64,000 nt of DNA, taken from NCBI RefSeq assembly GCF_006345805.1, contig NC_043003.1:49104001-49168000 (forward strand). The letters run 5' to 3'. Positions 49,274 through 62,897 of the stretch are shown piece after piece (position 1 is the first letter of the stretch; every line of letters starts with the position of its first letter). The translations under genes and the position numbers were made by a program. Source of the stretch: Octopus sinensis. Lineage: Eukaryota. The notes under the pieces were generated by a model. That model was given only the letters and a program-made list of their open reading frames with translations. It made no database searches and was not told the origin of the DNA.

Positions 49274-52200
49274 CATGAGTATGTTGTTTTGTATATGAAC
49301 AAAAAAGCTACTAAAAACTGCGTCAAATAAAAAAAAATGGTTGCATTTATCGTCTGTTTTACTTTATAGGTTCGTGGTGAGTTTACTTCATTTGCGCACC
49401 TAATAACTTTGAGAAGGGCATGCGTCACAATATCCTTCCTTCTAAAATATATTTGAATGAATGACTTAGCAGAATCTACAGAGTACAAGTCTTGATACTT
49501 CACAATATTTAATTTCGTTCCCTACACTTGGAATACCGTCCTGTTGGAGGTTGATATGACTTTGCAATTCTGCACTCTTGAGCCAAAATATCATCACTTG
49601 TGTGATCACAAGCAAGCCCTGATCTAGTAGATCTATAATCGAAGTTATTCAGTCTATAACTATACTTTACAGGCGATAGACTACATTATTCCATTGATGC
49701 TATCTATTTTTCAAGAGAATAGGGTGTACATTGTGAGAAATTTGGCTGTTATTTCTAGCAGTTCGAACGACAAATCAGCATAATTACTCCTTATGATCGA
49801 ATACATACCAGTAATACACTGATGTAAATTCTTTCGATTATATTCCTTCGATGCAATGTTTCCTCTTCAAAGGAAAACATGACAAAGATGTAAGAAAAGG
49901 AATAATATTGTTTTCCGAATGTAACCTCCATAGGATTTGCGATATTCAAAGAGAATATCATACAAGATTGCTCGCCATAATGGGTAAAATTTCGATGTTG
50001 TAGAATATCATCAGGTCTTCATGACTTGTGCAGTTTTATGCTAAAGAAGAAGCATTCTTCCTTTGATTTTATTTTATCAAAGATATATATATATTTCTTT
50101 GACCTTAGCATAAAGCTAATTGAATTGACTCAAGTATATTACTGGCATTTATTTATAATCCCCAAAGGGAATGCGTTAACAAGGATATATTGATTCCTAT
50201 ACAGCCAGAAAGGTTCAGATTACAGTGGAAGTGAAAATGATATTGCGTTGCTGCATTGCCCTTTTCCCATGGACATTAGCGGCTTACGTCAATTGAAATA
50301 GTCACACTCGCCTAGTTTCTGATTACAGCGAGCCTATAATTTGTTCTATAGCTTTCGTTATTTATTATAGCACGGAACCTCCACATGTCTTCTTCTCTAT
50401 AAAAGTAAAACTTCTCGGAATCAAAATGATGTGGAGAATTTGTAGTTAACTTCAGTTTTTGGCACCGTTAAGCAGATAAAAGGCTAAATATATATTGGGA
50501 TAGGTCATTAATTTGCTCTGACGATGCTTGCTTCCTTTTGAGGAATTTGAACTAAAATATGTTGATCGTAGAAACACTCATCAATTTCTCATCGCAGGCT
50601 TAATACAACCATCTTGTCCTTAGGTTTCGTTAGTAGATCCCTTTCTGACCATTGCAAGCATCTGGACTAAAATTCAGTTCTGAGGATAAATTCCTCTCCT
50701 CATCCCACGAAAAAGTTATGGGCACTGTCTTTCCATTTCTATCTAAGCCATAAAGAAGTAATACCATTGCTTACAGTAGTGGATTATACCACCGGTATTT
50801 CTAAATTAGAGCTAGGTGTATCGAAATCGAAATGTTTTTCAATATGGATACAGCTGGTTTGAGGAGTCAGTTCACAAAGTGCTTATTTATTTATTGTCCT
50901 GCAGAATTCCTTTTATCATATTATGTATTGGTCTCTTTTAACTACACAGAGGTGAGATATTAGATTATCCTACACAGAGAAGGTGAGATATTAGATTATT
51001 CATTCCTTTTCCAAGATAACTAAAGTGGCTTTAAGCGAGAACGGAAACTGAATAATTGCGGTAGATTTGCTAGAGTGCCGTACAAAGTAACTTGCGGTGT
51101 TTAGTTTCGTTTCTTCGAGTTCAAATATTACGGAGGTCAACTTTACCCTTCATTCTTTCAGGGTCAATCAAATAAGTAACAAAGTATTGTGTTCGATGTG
51201 ATCAACTATACCTCAAAAGTCTGGGCTTGTAACTTACTTAGAAATCAACATTATTTTTTTTATATTTCTTCATTGAAAAGTACAGAAACGATTAAATGCT
51301 ACTAATATGCGAATAAAGCTCACAAATATTTAATTATCCTCGTTTTTGGCAAATCTTTTAGCCAAGATTATATTTAGCCATATAAAATGCCAAGAAATTA
51401 CTAAATGCCGTGAAATAAAAGGAGACCTAACGATTACTATTACGTTAAGTGTGGAACTATTGTCGATAAAAGTAATAAAAGCAATTTCATTTTCACACTA
51501 TTTCGCAATCAATTTCCGATTACAGTTTTCACTTGAGTTAAAATCATATTTTTGAGAGGAAATGTCGAAAAGATGCTGGTCATACAATCTGAAAAGTTCG
51601 ACGGTTCGTATTTCGTCTCTATATTTTCCACTCTCTATATCGACCACCCCTATAGTAATGTACCTCTTTAAGTGTTTATTGAAGTAGTTAGGAAAACTGA
51701 GAAGCTGTTTTTTTTTAAAATAGCTTCTGGTGAGAAATCTCATTCATTATGACATATTCATTGCGAGCTGTAGCTGTCTTAGATTATAAGGATCCGACTT
51801 TTGACCGTCGGACGCGTGACTTACTCCTCGTTACTGGCACTGTGTTGCATTCTTGGACAATTCAATTAACATTCGCAGTTATTTTTCATCTTAGCTTGCA
51901 CCTAGCTCTAAATTAAATCTGTCTTAAAGAAATGAAATCTATTGCAAGCAGCGGGGAAAATTGTCACTTTGCTGAAGGTTGGGTTTCCGATTTCGACGTT
52001 GTTTTCCAGAGGGAATGATGCGAAGAATCAAGCAAATGAGCTTGCTTAATCGAAAATCGAAACTACAGTGGCTTAGTAGGAGTTTGGTATCACTTCTTTA
52101 TAGCACAAAGCAGCACTATGTAATTGATTAATGTGCAGCTATTTTACGCTAAGTTTACATAACCTCAGTGTGAAGTTAAAGTATCACCAGTTTCATACAC

Positions 52201-53210
52201 CAGAGATTAGAGTACCCGAGGACGAAGTAGTGTTTCTGTTACCTAGGCACAATGAAAATCATCACAATTAGTTATTGTTTCAGTTCCCATAGCTAAGATA
52301 AATATCGACATAATGATCAATGGTTGAAACTCTGTTACTGTGGTTTCGAGATCGCATTCTTTCAGAACGAGTTATCCAATGTATTCGCTTCTGGGTAAAG
52401 CTGTAGAGTACATACAATGTGTTGCATTAGTATCTCATTTTTCGGTGAACTAAAGTTGTTCTTAAACTGGGCAGGAAGATGAGTCAGTATATTGGATGAC
52501 CAAATCACAAGCCGTCAATTCATATCTGGCGTAGGTTTTCGTGTGTCTTTGAGTAGAACGTCAATTGTATTCTTATTACATCAAAGGAGTTAAATATCAG
52601 GAATTCGTGGTAGGCTTTTGTTGAAAAAAAAAAATGTACGATAGCTAAGATTACTGAAGAAAAGATTTTGTAACAAAGGACAATTCAGCAGGCACATAAA
52701 AGACTCGAGAAAATCGAAGAAATCCTCTACCGAAAAATATCAAAGAGGATTGACTTAAGCAACACTGAAAAAGAGAAACTAAAACACACGAGGATAGATA
52801 CCAAGTCCTGCAATTCACTTTCAGTCATCGAACTTAAGATTTCTTTAGAAAATTAAGCTTCGCCAATTTCACACCAGGTTGAGAAACAGAAGATGAAGGG
52901 TGTCAAATTATCAGCGTACCACTAATCAATACAGCATTGAAAGCTATCTCGAATAGTAATGGAAATAATGCATACATGAGTTTCGTATGGTTTAGTTGCG
53001 AGTTTCATGGCTGGGCTACTATTGAAGAAAATTTTACTATTGTCGTAACACATGTAGGAGGTGGACAATAGGTTCGACTCTGAAACAGATAACTCAAAGA
53101 AGTAATTGCATTATGAACCTAATCAAAACGGAACGGCACAGAGGAAGCACGCACGTAATCTATCTGTCTCGTGAAACAGTGGCGACATCGTGTTCAGAAC
53201 TCGCCACAGC

Positions 53211-53273
<63 letters not shown>

Positions 53274-53433
53274 CTTTTTTCTTGTGTACATTCTGTTTCA
53301 TGAACAGGGAGGAGAGAGACACAGACAGATAAAGAGAAGTGAGAGAGGAAGAGAGAGAAAAAGAGAGAGCTTGCAAGGGACAGAAACATATACATGCATA
53401 TGAATACAGGTACACACACACACATATACGTAC

Positions 53434-53476
<43 letters not shown>

Positions 53477-53990
53477 GCATACACACACACACATGTATAT
53501 ATATACACTTGTACATGTACACACAAACAATCTAACACACACATACACGCATATATTTTCGTAAATATTTATTTTTTAAAATTTATCTTTGCAGTCTTTA
53601 CTATCTTCCACCGAAAGTTATAAAATCCCGGTAGAATAAAAGGAGAGAAATAACTCTAATAAAGAAATCGGAAAGTCTTTTGATTAAATTGCTTTCTAAA
53701 TGAAATAAAAAAAAATTTAATATTTATTTATTTGCCTGAGGTGTGAAAATATTTTCCCCCGGGAATTTTTTCATATTTGGCATCATTAAATTATCTCAAA
53801 GATCTCTTGAAGTTGAAATATGTCGAAAGCAAAGGTGTATAGATTGTTAGGGGAGATAATTCTAGACATTTCATTAATTCTAGACTTAATGTAAATTCTA
53901 GATTTAATTGTAGACTTAATATTAATCCAAGAATTAATAAGTTTAGAATTAATATTAACCCAACAATTAATAATAAGCTTAGAGTTGATA

Positions 53991-54990
53991 TTGGTTTCAA
54001 ATTTTGGCACAAGGCCAGCAATTTCGGGGGAGGAGCAAAGTACTTATTTCATAGACCCCGAAAGGATGAAAGGTAAAGTCAATCTCGGTGGAATTTGAAC
54101 TCAGACGAAATACCTATTTCTTTACTACCCACAAGGGACTAAACACAGAGAGGACAAACAAAGACAGACAAACGGATTAAGTCGATTATATCGACCCCAG
54201 TGCGTAACTGGTACTTATTTAATCGACCCCGAAAGGATGAAAGGCAAATCGACCTCGGCCCAATTTGAACTCAGAACGTAGCTGCAGACGAAATACCGCT
54301 AAGCATTTCGCCCGACATGCTAACGTTTCTGCCAGCTCGCCGCCTTAGTGTAGACTTAAAATTCTTTTCTACTCTAGGCACAAGACCCGAAATTTTTGGG
54401 GAGGGGGCCAGTCGATTAGATCGACCCCTACTTAAGGATGAAAGGCAAAGTCGACCTCAGCGGAATTTGAACTCACGTAAAGACAGACAAAATACCTATT
54501 TCTTTACTACCCACAAGGGGCTAAACAGAGAGGGGACAAACATGGACAGACAAACGGATTAAGTCGATTATATCGGCACCAGTGCGTAACTGGTATTTAA
54601 TTTATCGACCCCGAAAGGATGAAAGGCAAAGTCGACCTCGGCGGAATTTGAACTCAGAACGTAACGGCAGACGAAATACCGCTAAGCATTTCGCCCGGCG
54701 TTCTAACGTTTCTGCCAGCTCGCCACCTCAGTGTAGACCTAATATTAATCCAAGAATTTATAAGTTTAGAATTAATATAGGCTTCAAATTTTGGCACAAG
54801 GCCTGCAATTTCGGTGGGAGGGGTAAGTCGATTACATCGAATCCAGAGTCCTCTTGGTGCTGATTGTACTGACCCCGAAAGGATGAAAGGTAAAGTCGAC
54901 CTCGGCGGAATTTGAAATTAAAGCGTAAAGACTGACGAAATACCGCTAAGCACTTTGTGTGGCGTGCTAAAGATTTTGCCAGCTCGGCGC
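53991..54990 (-). mobile_element. Stack of five SINE family B copies
   Basis: A 53991-54114, B 54115-54346, C 54371-54496, D 54497-54728, E 54779-54990; all on the minus strand. Confidence 0.88.
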
Positions 54991-55014
54991 TCAAAGTTTA
55001 AAATTAATATTGAA

Positions 55015-55233
55015 TACTCTTTTTACTTTCTTTTACTTGTTTCAGTCATTTGACTGCGGCCATGCTGGAGCACCGCCTTTAGTCGAGCAAATCAACCCCA
55101 TGACTTATTCTTTGTAAGCCTAGTACTTATTCTATCGGTCTCTTTTGCCTAACCGCTAGGTTACGAGGACGTAAACACATCAGCATCGGTTGTCAAGCGA
55201 TGTTGGGGGACAAATACAGACACATAAACATAT

Positions 55234-55269
<36 letters not shown>

Positions 55270-55444
55270 GTATGCATATATATATACGACGGGTTTCTTT
55301 CAGATTCCGTCTACCAAATCCACTCACAAGGCTTAGGCCGACCCGAAGCTACAGTAGAAGACGCTTGCCCAAGGCATCACGCAGTGGGACTGAACCAGGA
55401 ACCATGTGGTTGGTAAGCAAGCTACTTACCACACAGCCACTCCT
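55015..55444 (-). mobile_element. SINE family A
   Basis: Homologous to 2051-2465. Confidence 0.88.
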
Positions 55445-55499
55445 AGTAATTTTTTTGCATTGTCACACGGCAAAAGATACATAGAAATGATAGACCGGT

Positions 55500-55715
55500 A
55501 TTTGATATCATAAAAGACTACGGACATGTGATTAGAATGCTGTAGGAAGGAGGCAGAGACCTGGAGATAGACCGTGAACGAGATGGTTATATAACATCCA
55601 TTTGTCACGCTTGGGCGGTTGCTTCTGATAGGATCCTACGAAGGAGATGCCGGAGAATTCTATTCCCTCGACTCTCCTAGGAAAGGTGGGCAGAGAAAAT
55701 GGGCGGATGAGTAAG
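55500..55715 (+). mobile_element. RTE LINE 3' remnant
   Basis: TACGGACATGTGATTAGAATG (YGHVIRM), AGACCTGGAGATAGACC (RPGxRP-like), GAGAAAATGGGCGGATG end. Similar to the 5-kb RTE remnant. Confidence 0.5.
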
Positions 55716-56135
55716 ACATTTCTTTTTTTTTATCAAGAAAATGTCTAAGAAGTTCATCCTGGGTCCTATATTCCAAGTTGGGCATGTGTTATATGCTTTA
55801 ATGCATTAAAAACTTGTTCCCTGAATATGTGCAGCTGAAATTGGAATACGTCTAATATGCCTGTTAGGTATTTTATGCCATTAAATACAGTTCTACTTGT
55901 TATACTAATTCCAGTTAAAAAAAAATATCGACAGTGGTTGGATTTTAACTTAGAACATAAAACAATATTACTAAAGCACTAAATTAGCTTTCACACATCT
56001 TCTGTTTGTATGCGAGCGGTTTAAAATATAAATTCCGATAATTTTGCATAATTCCTCTTCATCGTTTGATCCTATGGCAACTTTCAAGAGTCAACACATT
56101 TTGCTCCCAGATGACGTATCTACACTCTTGCATGC

Positions 56136-56168
<33 letters not shown>

Positions 56169-56430
56169 CATACATACATACGTACGTACGTACATACATA
56201 CATACATAATACATACATACATACATACATACATACATACATACATACGTACGTACATACATACATACACACACGCAACATACATATATGTATACTCTCA
56301 TACACGTACACGCACACATATATATCCATGTATATGTGAGTCGGTATATATCTCCATCAAATATTGGAGTTATGGATTTTGTTCATATTTTGAGATTTAG
56401 CTTGCTATGTTTATAAATTATTGTATGACA

Positions 56431-56548
56431 GTTCCGGGTACAGTTCCACTACGTGACACCTTGGGCAAGTGTCTTCCACCACAGCCTCGGGCTGACCAAA
56501 GCCTTGTGTATGGATTTGGTAGACGGGAATTGAAAGAAGCCCGTCGTA

Positions 56549-56550
<2 letters not shown>
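56431..56550 (+). mobile_element. SINE family A fragment (CORE-like part)
   Basis: CACCTTGGGCAAGTGTCTTCC...GAAAGAAGCCCGTCG. Confidence 0.8.
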
Positions 56551-56593
<43 letters not shown>

Positions 56594-56682
56594 AGAAAAT
56601 AGTAAAAAGTGAAAAAACTACAGAAGGCTTGTTTTAAAAGTATATGAAAGAATGGAGTTGAACGACTAGTTAACAAATATCC

Positions 56683-56752
56683 TTTCGAAGGCTGCATATT
56701 CCTAATTCCGAAGGAATAAGGAGTACATTATGCAGATTTCTCATCCGGAAAG
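56683..56752 (-). ncRNA. Inactivated copy of the same hammerhead
   Basis: Core is CGGAUGA (U4 to G). A 16-bp deletion removes stem III, GUC and the 3' strand of stem I. Confidence 0.7.
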
Positions 56753-57311
56753 TCAAGGAACTTATGTCGACATCAAAATGCACAAAAAACTTTTAGCTGA
56801 CCGCTCTCAAGGAGCCCATGGCGATAATGAATGTCTCTTTATAAGGAGTGACGTCAGAGTGGATGAATGTAGAAGAATCTAGAAGGTTCTAGAGGTTCAA
56901 GGGTTCAAACGAAGTAGGAGGAGGGAGGCATAAGAATAGTAAGGTGAGAGAGTGCAGGTCAAAAGAATGGTGGGTTTAAATGATTTTTTTATGAATGAGT
57001 GCCTGTGTGTGTGACTGTATATAACTGTCTTAATGTGTGTATGTGTGTGTCTGAATGCGTGATTGTGTTTGTGGATGGGTAGATGTCAGAAAACTGACAG
57101 CTGTGAGGTGAGAGGTCTGTGTCTGTGTGTTCGATTATGTTTACTGTAGAGAAAGGAAAGTAGATAGCGAAAGGGAGAAAGAATCGGGCGAGGTGAGAGG
57201 CAACGCAAGAATGGATAGTAGTAATTGGGAATATAATAAAATCTTTTTGACTATTGGGGTGAAATATAGCAAAAATTGTTTTGGAAATCGAGGGGTTATC
57301 TATATTAGTCA

Positions 57312-58260
57312 CTATTTATATGAGTGAAAGGTGTGTCTTTTCCAGTGTAAACACCTGTAGGATATTTCGACGATTGTATTTATTAAAGGGACTTTGGCGA
57401 AAAAATATGAAAAAGTTCGGAATTACAGATGCCACAAAATTTTCTGCCTTTATCAAACGGGAAGGACACCGACAAAATGGACCATTCGAGCTTGAACGTA
57501 GTGTTATTGTTCTTCAGACGCCAGATTAATTTGCTTAGCCCCGTGCTGTGTTGCTTTCTCTTATCTCTGAAAGTGGAATAATGGTTGGAGATCCTTTGGG
57601 CTAATTTAGAAGAGGTTGCGCCAATGTAGAAGTAGACATCGGTTCCAGAAGAGATTTTTGCATTGGTAAGTAGTATTTCTAATTTTGGAATTTTTGGATA
57701 AGAACTTTAATCTGTTGGGGTTGGTTTCCGATACTAAGACAGAGTTTTTATTGTTGTGATAGGTGTAAAAATTGTTGCTGGCTTTGGCCACGATACTATT
57801 CATCTTATTATCATTACTATTAGTTGTGATATCGTCGGCAAATTCCCTGGTTATAGGAATGCTGCGATTGTTATCATCAATAATATAACTGTTATTAAGA
57901 ATGCTGGTACTATTACCACTAACACCACCACTGTTAATAATCTGGCTAATGTTATTATCATTATTACTATTGCTAACGCTAATGCTGCTATGAATGTTGC
58001 TAATATCCATACTACTTCTATTATTATTATTATTGTATGTTACGTTGGAATGGGTAAGGGCGGTGTCGCTACTCATGGGTGATGAGACCCTATTTAGCAG
58101 CTTATTATTGTGGGAAGCTATTATCTGCGAAAGAATTTTAGTATTTGAGAATGATATTCTTACTTTATGCGAATTTATAGTGGAGTAGTATCTAGAATTC
58201 CTAGGAAAATTCTTAGCAACGGCTTCACGGAATTGTAAAGGGAGATTAAACCTGATTTGT
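57312..58260 (-). pseudogene. PLE linker + Asn/Ser-rich insert + GIY-YIG endonuclease, two homopolymer frameshifts
   Basis: FREAVAKNFPRNSRYYSTINSHKVRISFSN..IIASHNNKLL (linker), N-rich tract, NTTYQCK/ISSGTDVYFYIGATSSKLAQRISNHYSTF..STGLSKLIWRLK..LEWSIL..CGIC. Shifts near 57660 and 57400. Confidence 0.85.
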
Positions 58261-58380
58261 CTCCCACCATTCTTTTGACCTGCACTCTCTCACCTTACTA
58301 TTCTTATGCCTCCCTCCTCCTACTTCGTTTGAACCCTTGAGCCTTTAGAACCTTCTAGATTCTTCTACATTCAGCCACTC

Positions 58381-58400
58381 TGACGTCACTCCTTATAAAA
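58381..58400 (+). promoter_or_regulatory. CRE (TGACGTCA) + TATAAAA in the PLE terminal repeat
   Basis: TGACGTCA at 58381-58388 and TATAAAA at 58394-58400. Also conserved in the left repeat (CRE 56849-56856, TATAAAG on the minus strand). Confidence 0.55.
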
Positions 58401-58484
58401 AGACTCTCATTATCGCCATGGGCTCCTTGAGAGCGGTCAGCTAAAAGTTTTTTGTGCATTTTGATGTCGACATAAGTTCCTTGA

Positions 58485-58567
58485 TTTTCCTGATGAGAAA
58501 TCTGCATAATGTACTCCTTATTCCTTCGGAATTAGGAATATGCAGCCTTCGAAACATATGTCGAGAA
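58485..58567 (+). ncRNA. Canonical-core type I hammerhead with extended stem II and GUC cleavage site
   Basis: UUUUC-CUGAUGA-GAA..CUGCAUA..hairpin..UAUGCAG..UUC-GAAA-CAUAU-GUC-GAGAA. Palindromic ACAUAUGU stem III; predicted cleavage after 58562. Confidence 0.85.
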
Positions 58568-59343
58568 TAAAGGATATTTGTTAACTAGTCGTTCAACTCC
58601 ATTCTTTCATATACTTATAATTTTAAAATAAACATACAAATTTCCGCACGAAGACACGTAGTCTATGCCCTAGGGATGTAGCTTCAACCGTGTTCTTTCT
58701 GATGTGAATTTGCTACCCAGGTATCGGTTATCTTTCGAATTACCCTTAATAAGATAATTCATTCAACTACTCGAATATATATATATATATATATATTCTC
58801 TCTAGTTTCAGCTCAGCGCTGTGGCCGTGCTGATGCACCGCCGTTCAATTTTATCCTTTACTTGGAGGGTTCCAAAGGGGCGATTTCTAACAAAGATTCT
58901 TCTTATTTCGTTGGTAGCTTACTAGCGTAAGATTTTTGCGAAGATGAAATTATTACATGTATATGGTATGTAATGAGAATTTATGGAAAGGTATCCCATT
59001 GAAACTCAACAAACTGTTAAAGATGGAGAAGAGAAGATGTTAATATTAAAAAAAGAATTTTAATACATGCATACGATCGTTTCGAACAGCAATATTAACA
59101 TGTAAATAACATGGTAGAATAATTAGAAATTAATCAAATTAAATTAAATTCATATTACTGTTCTCCTCAGTGCAAAAAACGAATGCATCAAAGAATTATT
59201 ATTATTGTTACAGAAGACTTGATGGAGGAAGTAGCAAATAACATTCGGATATACATATTTTATCCATATGAAAGATCAAGAGCATACTAACAAAAAATGT
59301 TGTTGAGTCTAGGTGTGAAAAATCTCCACACATACACACGATA

Positions 59344-59495
59344 GGCTTGTTTCAGTTTCCGTCAACCAAATACACTCACACGGCTTTGGCCGACTCGTGG
59401 CTTTAGTAGAAGAAACTTGTTTAAGGTATCACGCAGTGGGACTGAACCAGAACCATGTGGTTGAGAAGCAAACTTCTTAACCTCACAGCCACACC
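59344..59495 (-). mobile_element. SINE family A head fragment, degenerate
   Basis: CGCAGTGGGACTGAACC...CCATGTGGTTG...CACAGCCAC. Confidence 0.72.
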
Positions 59496-59829
59496 AGCAC
59501 CAAAATATACAGAAAAGAAAATTATTACCTGTGATAATTAATTCTTTTGACATATCAGCGTATTAGTTGCAATGAGCGTTTTACAAATAACCTTTCGAAA
59601 TGAGAGGTTCTAACGCCGGATGAAATGCTGTGCAGTGTTTGTTCCGGCTCTTTATTTTCTGAGTTCACAGCTCACCAAAATCAATTTTTGCCTTTCATCC
59701 ATTCGTAATCGATAAATAAAATACAATTGAAGAACTGGGAACGATGTAATCAAATAAACGCAGCCACAAAATTTTTCAAGTATGTTAGAAACAATTATTT
59801 ACCGTGATGATAGTCCTGATGGAGCAGAT

Positions 59830-60860
<1,031 letters not shown>

Positions 60861-61079
60861 ATCTACTTTTTCTTATTCGGCGGTGTATGATTTGATAAAG
60901 ATTTCGCTACTGTTTGTTGCAAGGCAAGGGACCACACAGAGCTTGTTTCACTCGTTGGCTCGAATAAAAATCAATATGTTTCGTACATGTATTAAATACA
61001 ATTAGAAACCTATCTCGTTTGTCTATGCCAAAGTAAGTTGAAAAAATAGAAAAGCATCTATGAAACCACCTTGAATATA

Positions 61080-61333
61080 TTTATGTGTCTATACACGCAC
61101 GCACACACAGGCATACACATGCACACACACTCGTATACATACTATTATACATACATATCCATACACTACACAAATTAAAATAGATAAGGATGTATGTGCG
61201 CGCGTATGTATGCATATAATATAAATGTATTATATTTCACGTGTTATATTATTTAGATATATATCTGTATATGTATATATATATATATGCGTGTGTGTGT
61301 GTATGTATATATATGGGTATGTGTGTGTTTGTG

Positions 61334-61366
<33 letters not shown>

Positions 61367-61369
61367 CAT

Positions 61370-61438
<69 letters not shown>

Positions 61439-61856
61439 CACACACATATATATATGTATATACGTACATACATATAGAAACATAACGTATATATATACAC
61501 ACACATACACACACATACACACATATACATGAAATGGAAAAAAGAGAATACCAGCGGTAGTGTTTGTGTGTGAGTGAGTGTGTGCGTGCATTTGTGTGTT
61601 TGTGTGTGTGTGTTAATACTAAGATTTAAGATTTCACATCTTTATTACTCAAGTTTCATAGCAGCCAGCGGCAATGCTTAAATGAAATGTGAGTTGTTAA
61701 AAAGATTGCTACAGGCTGATATAAAACTCAAATAATGAAGCTATGAATTTTTAAATCTTGACATCTTTTAACACGCGCGCGCGCAAAGCAAACATTTGCA
61801 AACATGTAAGCTATATATACCATCGGTCTCCCACAAAGAGACATAGACAGGTAAGT

Positions 61857-61917
<61 letters not shown>

Positions 61918-61933
61918 TACATACATACATACA

Positions 61934-61964
<31 letters not shown>

Positions 61965-62078
61965 GAATACACGCACATACATATGTATAGACATATATTT
62001 CTGTATATGTATGTATATAAATGCATTTATCTGTACATCTACGTAAACACAGTCACACGCACAAATATATATTTATAT

Positions 62079-62136
<58 letters not shown>

Positions 62137-62150
62137 TATATATATATGTT
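61080..62150. repeat. Compound (TA)/(CA)/(TACA) microsatellite region
   Basis: Directly visible. Confidence 0.9.
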
Positions 62151-62247
62151 ACACACGGATTTATATGTACTATGTACTCCGTTGAACTCTCTAGTGCGAA
62201 ACCGATTGGCAAGATCGGGTACATAATACTGTACACTTCGATTGATG

Positions 62248-62310
<63 letters not shown>

Positions 62311-62479
62311 GCTGGTCCACCAATTCATCGTCACTGAGTTTAAATCCACAGATTATTCCTCTTTAGTCTTAAGGTAATTCTCATTGAAAATCTGCGTCAC
62401 ACTGTATGTGTATGATCATTTAAATAATGTTACCACCCAGTCGGAGATTTACTCAACTTTACTCACGGGCACACATAAC

Positions 62480-62680
<201 letters not shown>

Positions 62681-62734
62681 TCTGTACACACACACTGTAA
62701 AGTCATTGTTATATGTGTATATATATATATACAC

Positions 62735-62897
62735 ATATAATAAATAACAATAGTGTAATAAGAAATTATTATTACCAGTGGTCTAGCACAAAAACGAATT
62801 AGTCATTAGACTATATATTAGTCTAATGACTAATTCGTTTTTGTGCTAGGCCACTGGTAATAATAAATTTTTATTACCCTATTGTTATTTATTATAT
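62735..62897. repeat. Near-perfect 163-bp palindrome
   Basis: 79-bp arms (62735-62813 and 62819-62897) with 4 mismatches and a TATAT loop. Confidence 0.95.

Larger units (their letters stand above)
56632..58628 (-). mobile_element. 5'-truncated Penelope-like element with ~350-bp inverted HHR/promoter repeats
   Basis: Inverted repeats at 56632-56974 and 58263-58628. Internal minus-strand linker plus GIY-YIG at 57312-58260. Confidence 0.88.

Noticed and set aside
50620-50770. Minus-strand peptide VLLLYGLDRNGKTV resembling an ARF-type P-loop
   Set aside because: A ~46-codon ORF bounded by stops, with no downstream G-motifs; likely chance.
50944-51000. ~31-bp direct duplication CACAGAG..GGTGAGATATTAGATTAT
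   Set aside because: Only two copies with no spacer; an ordinary slippage duplication, not CRISPR-like.
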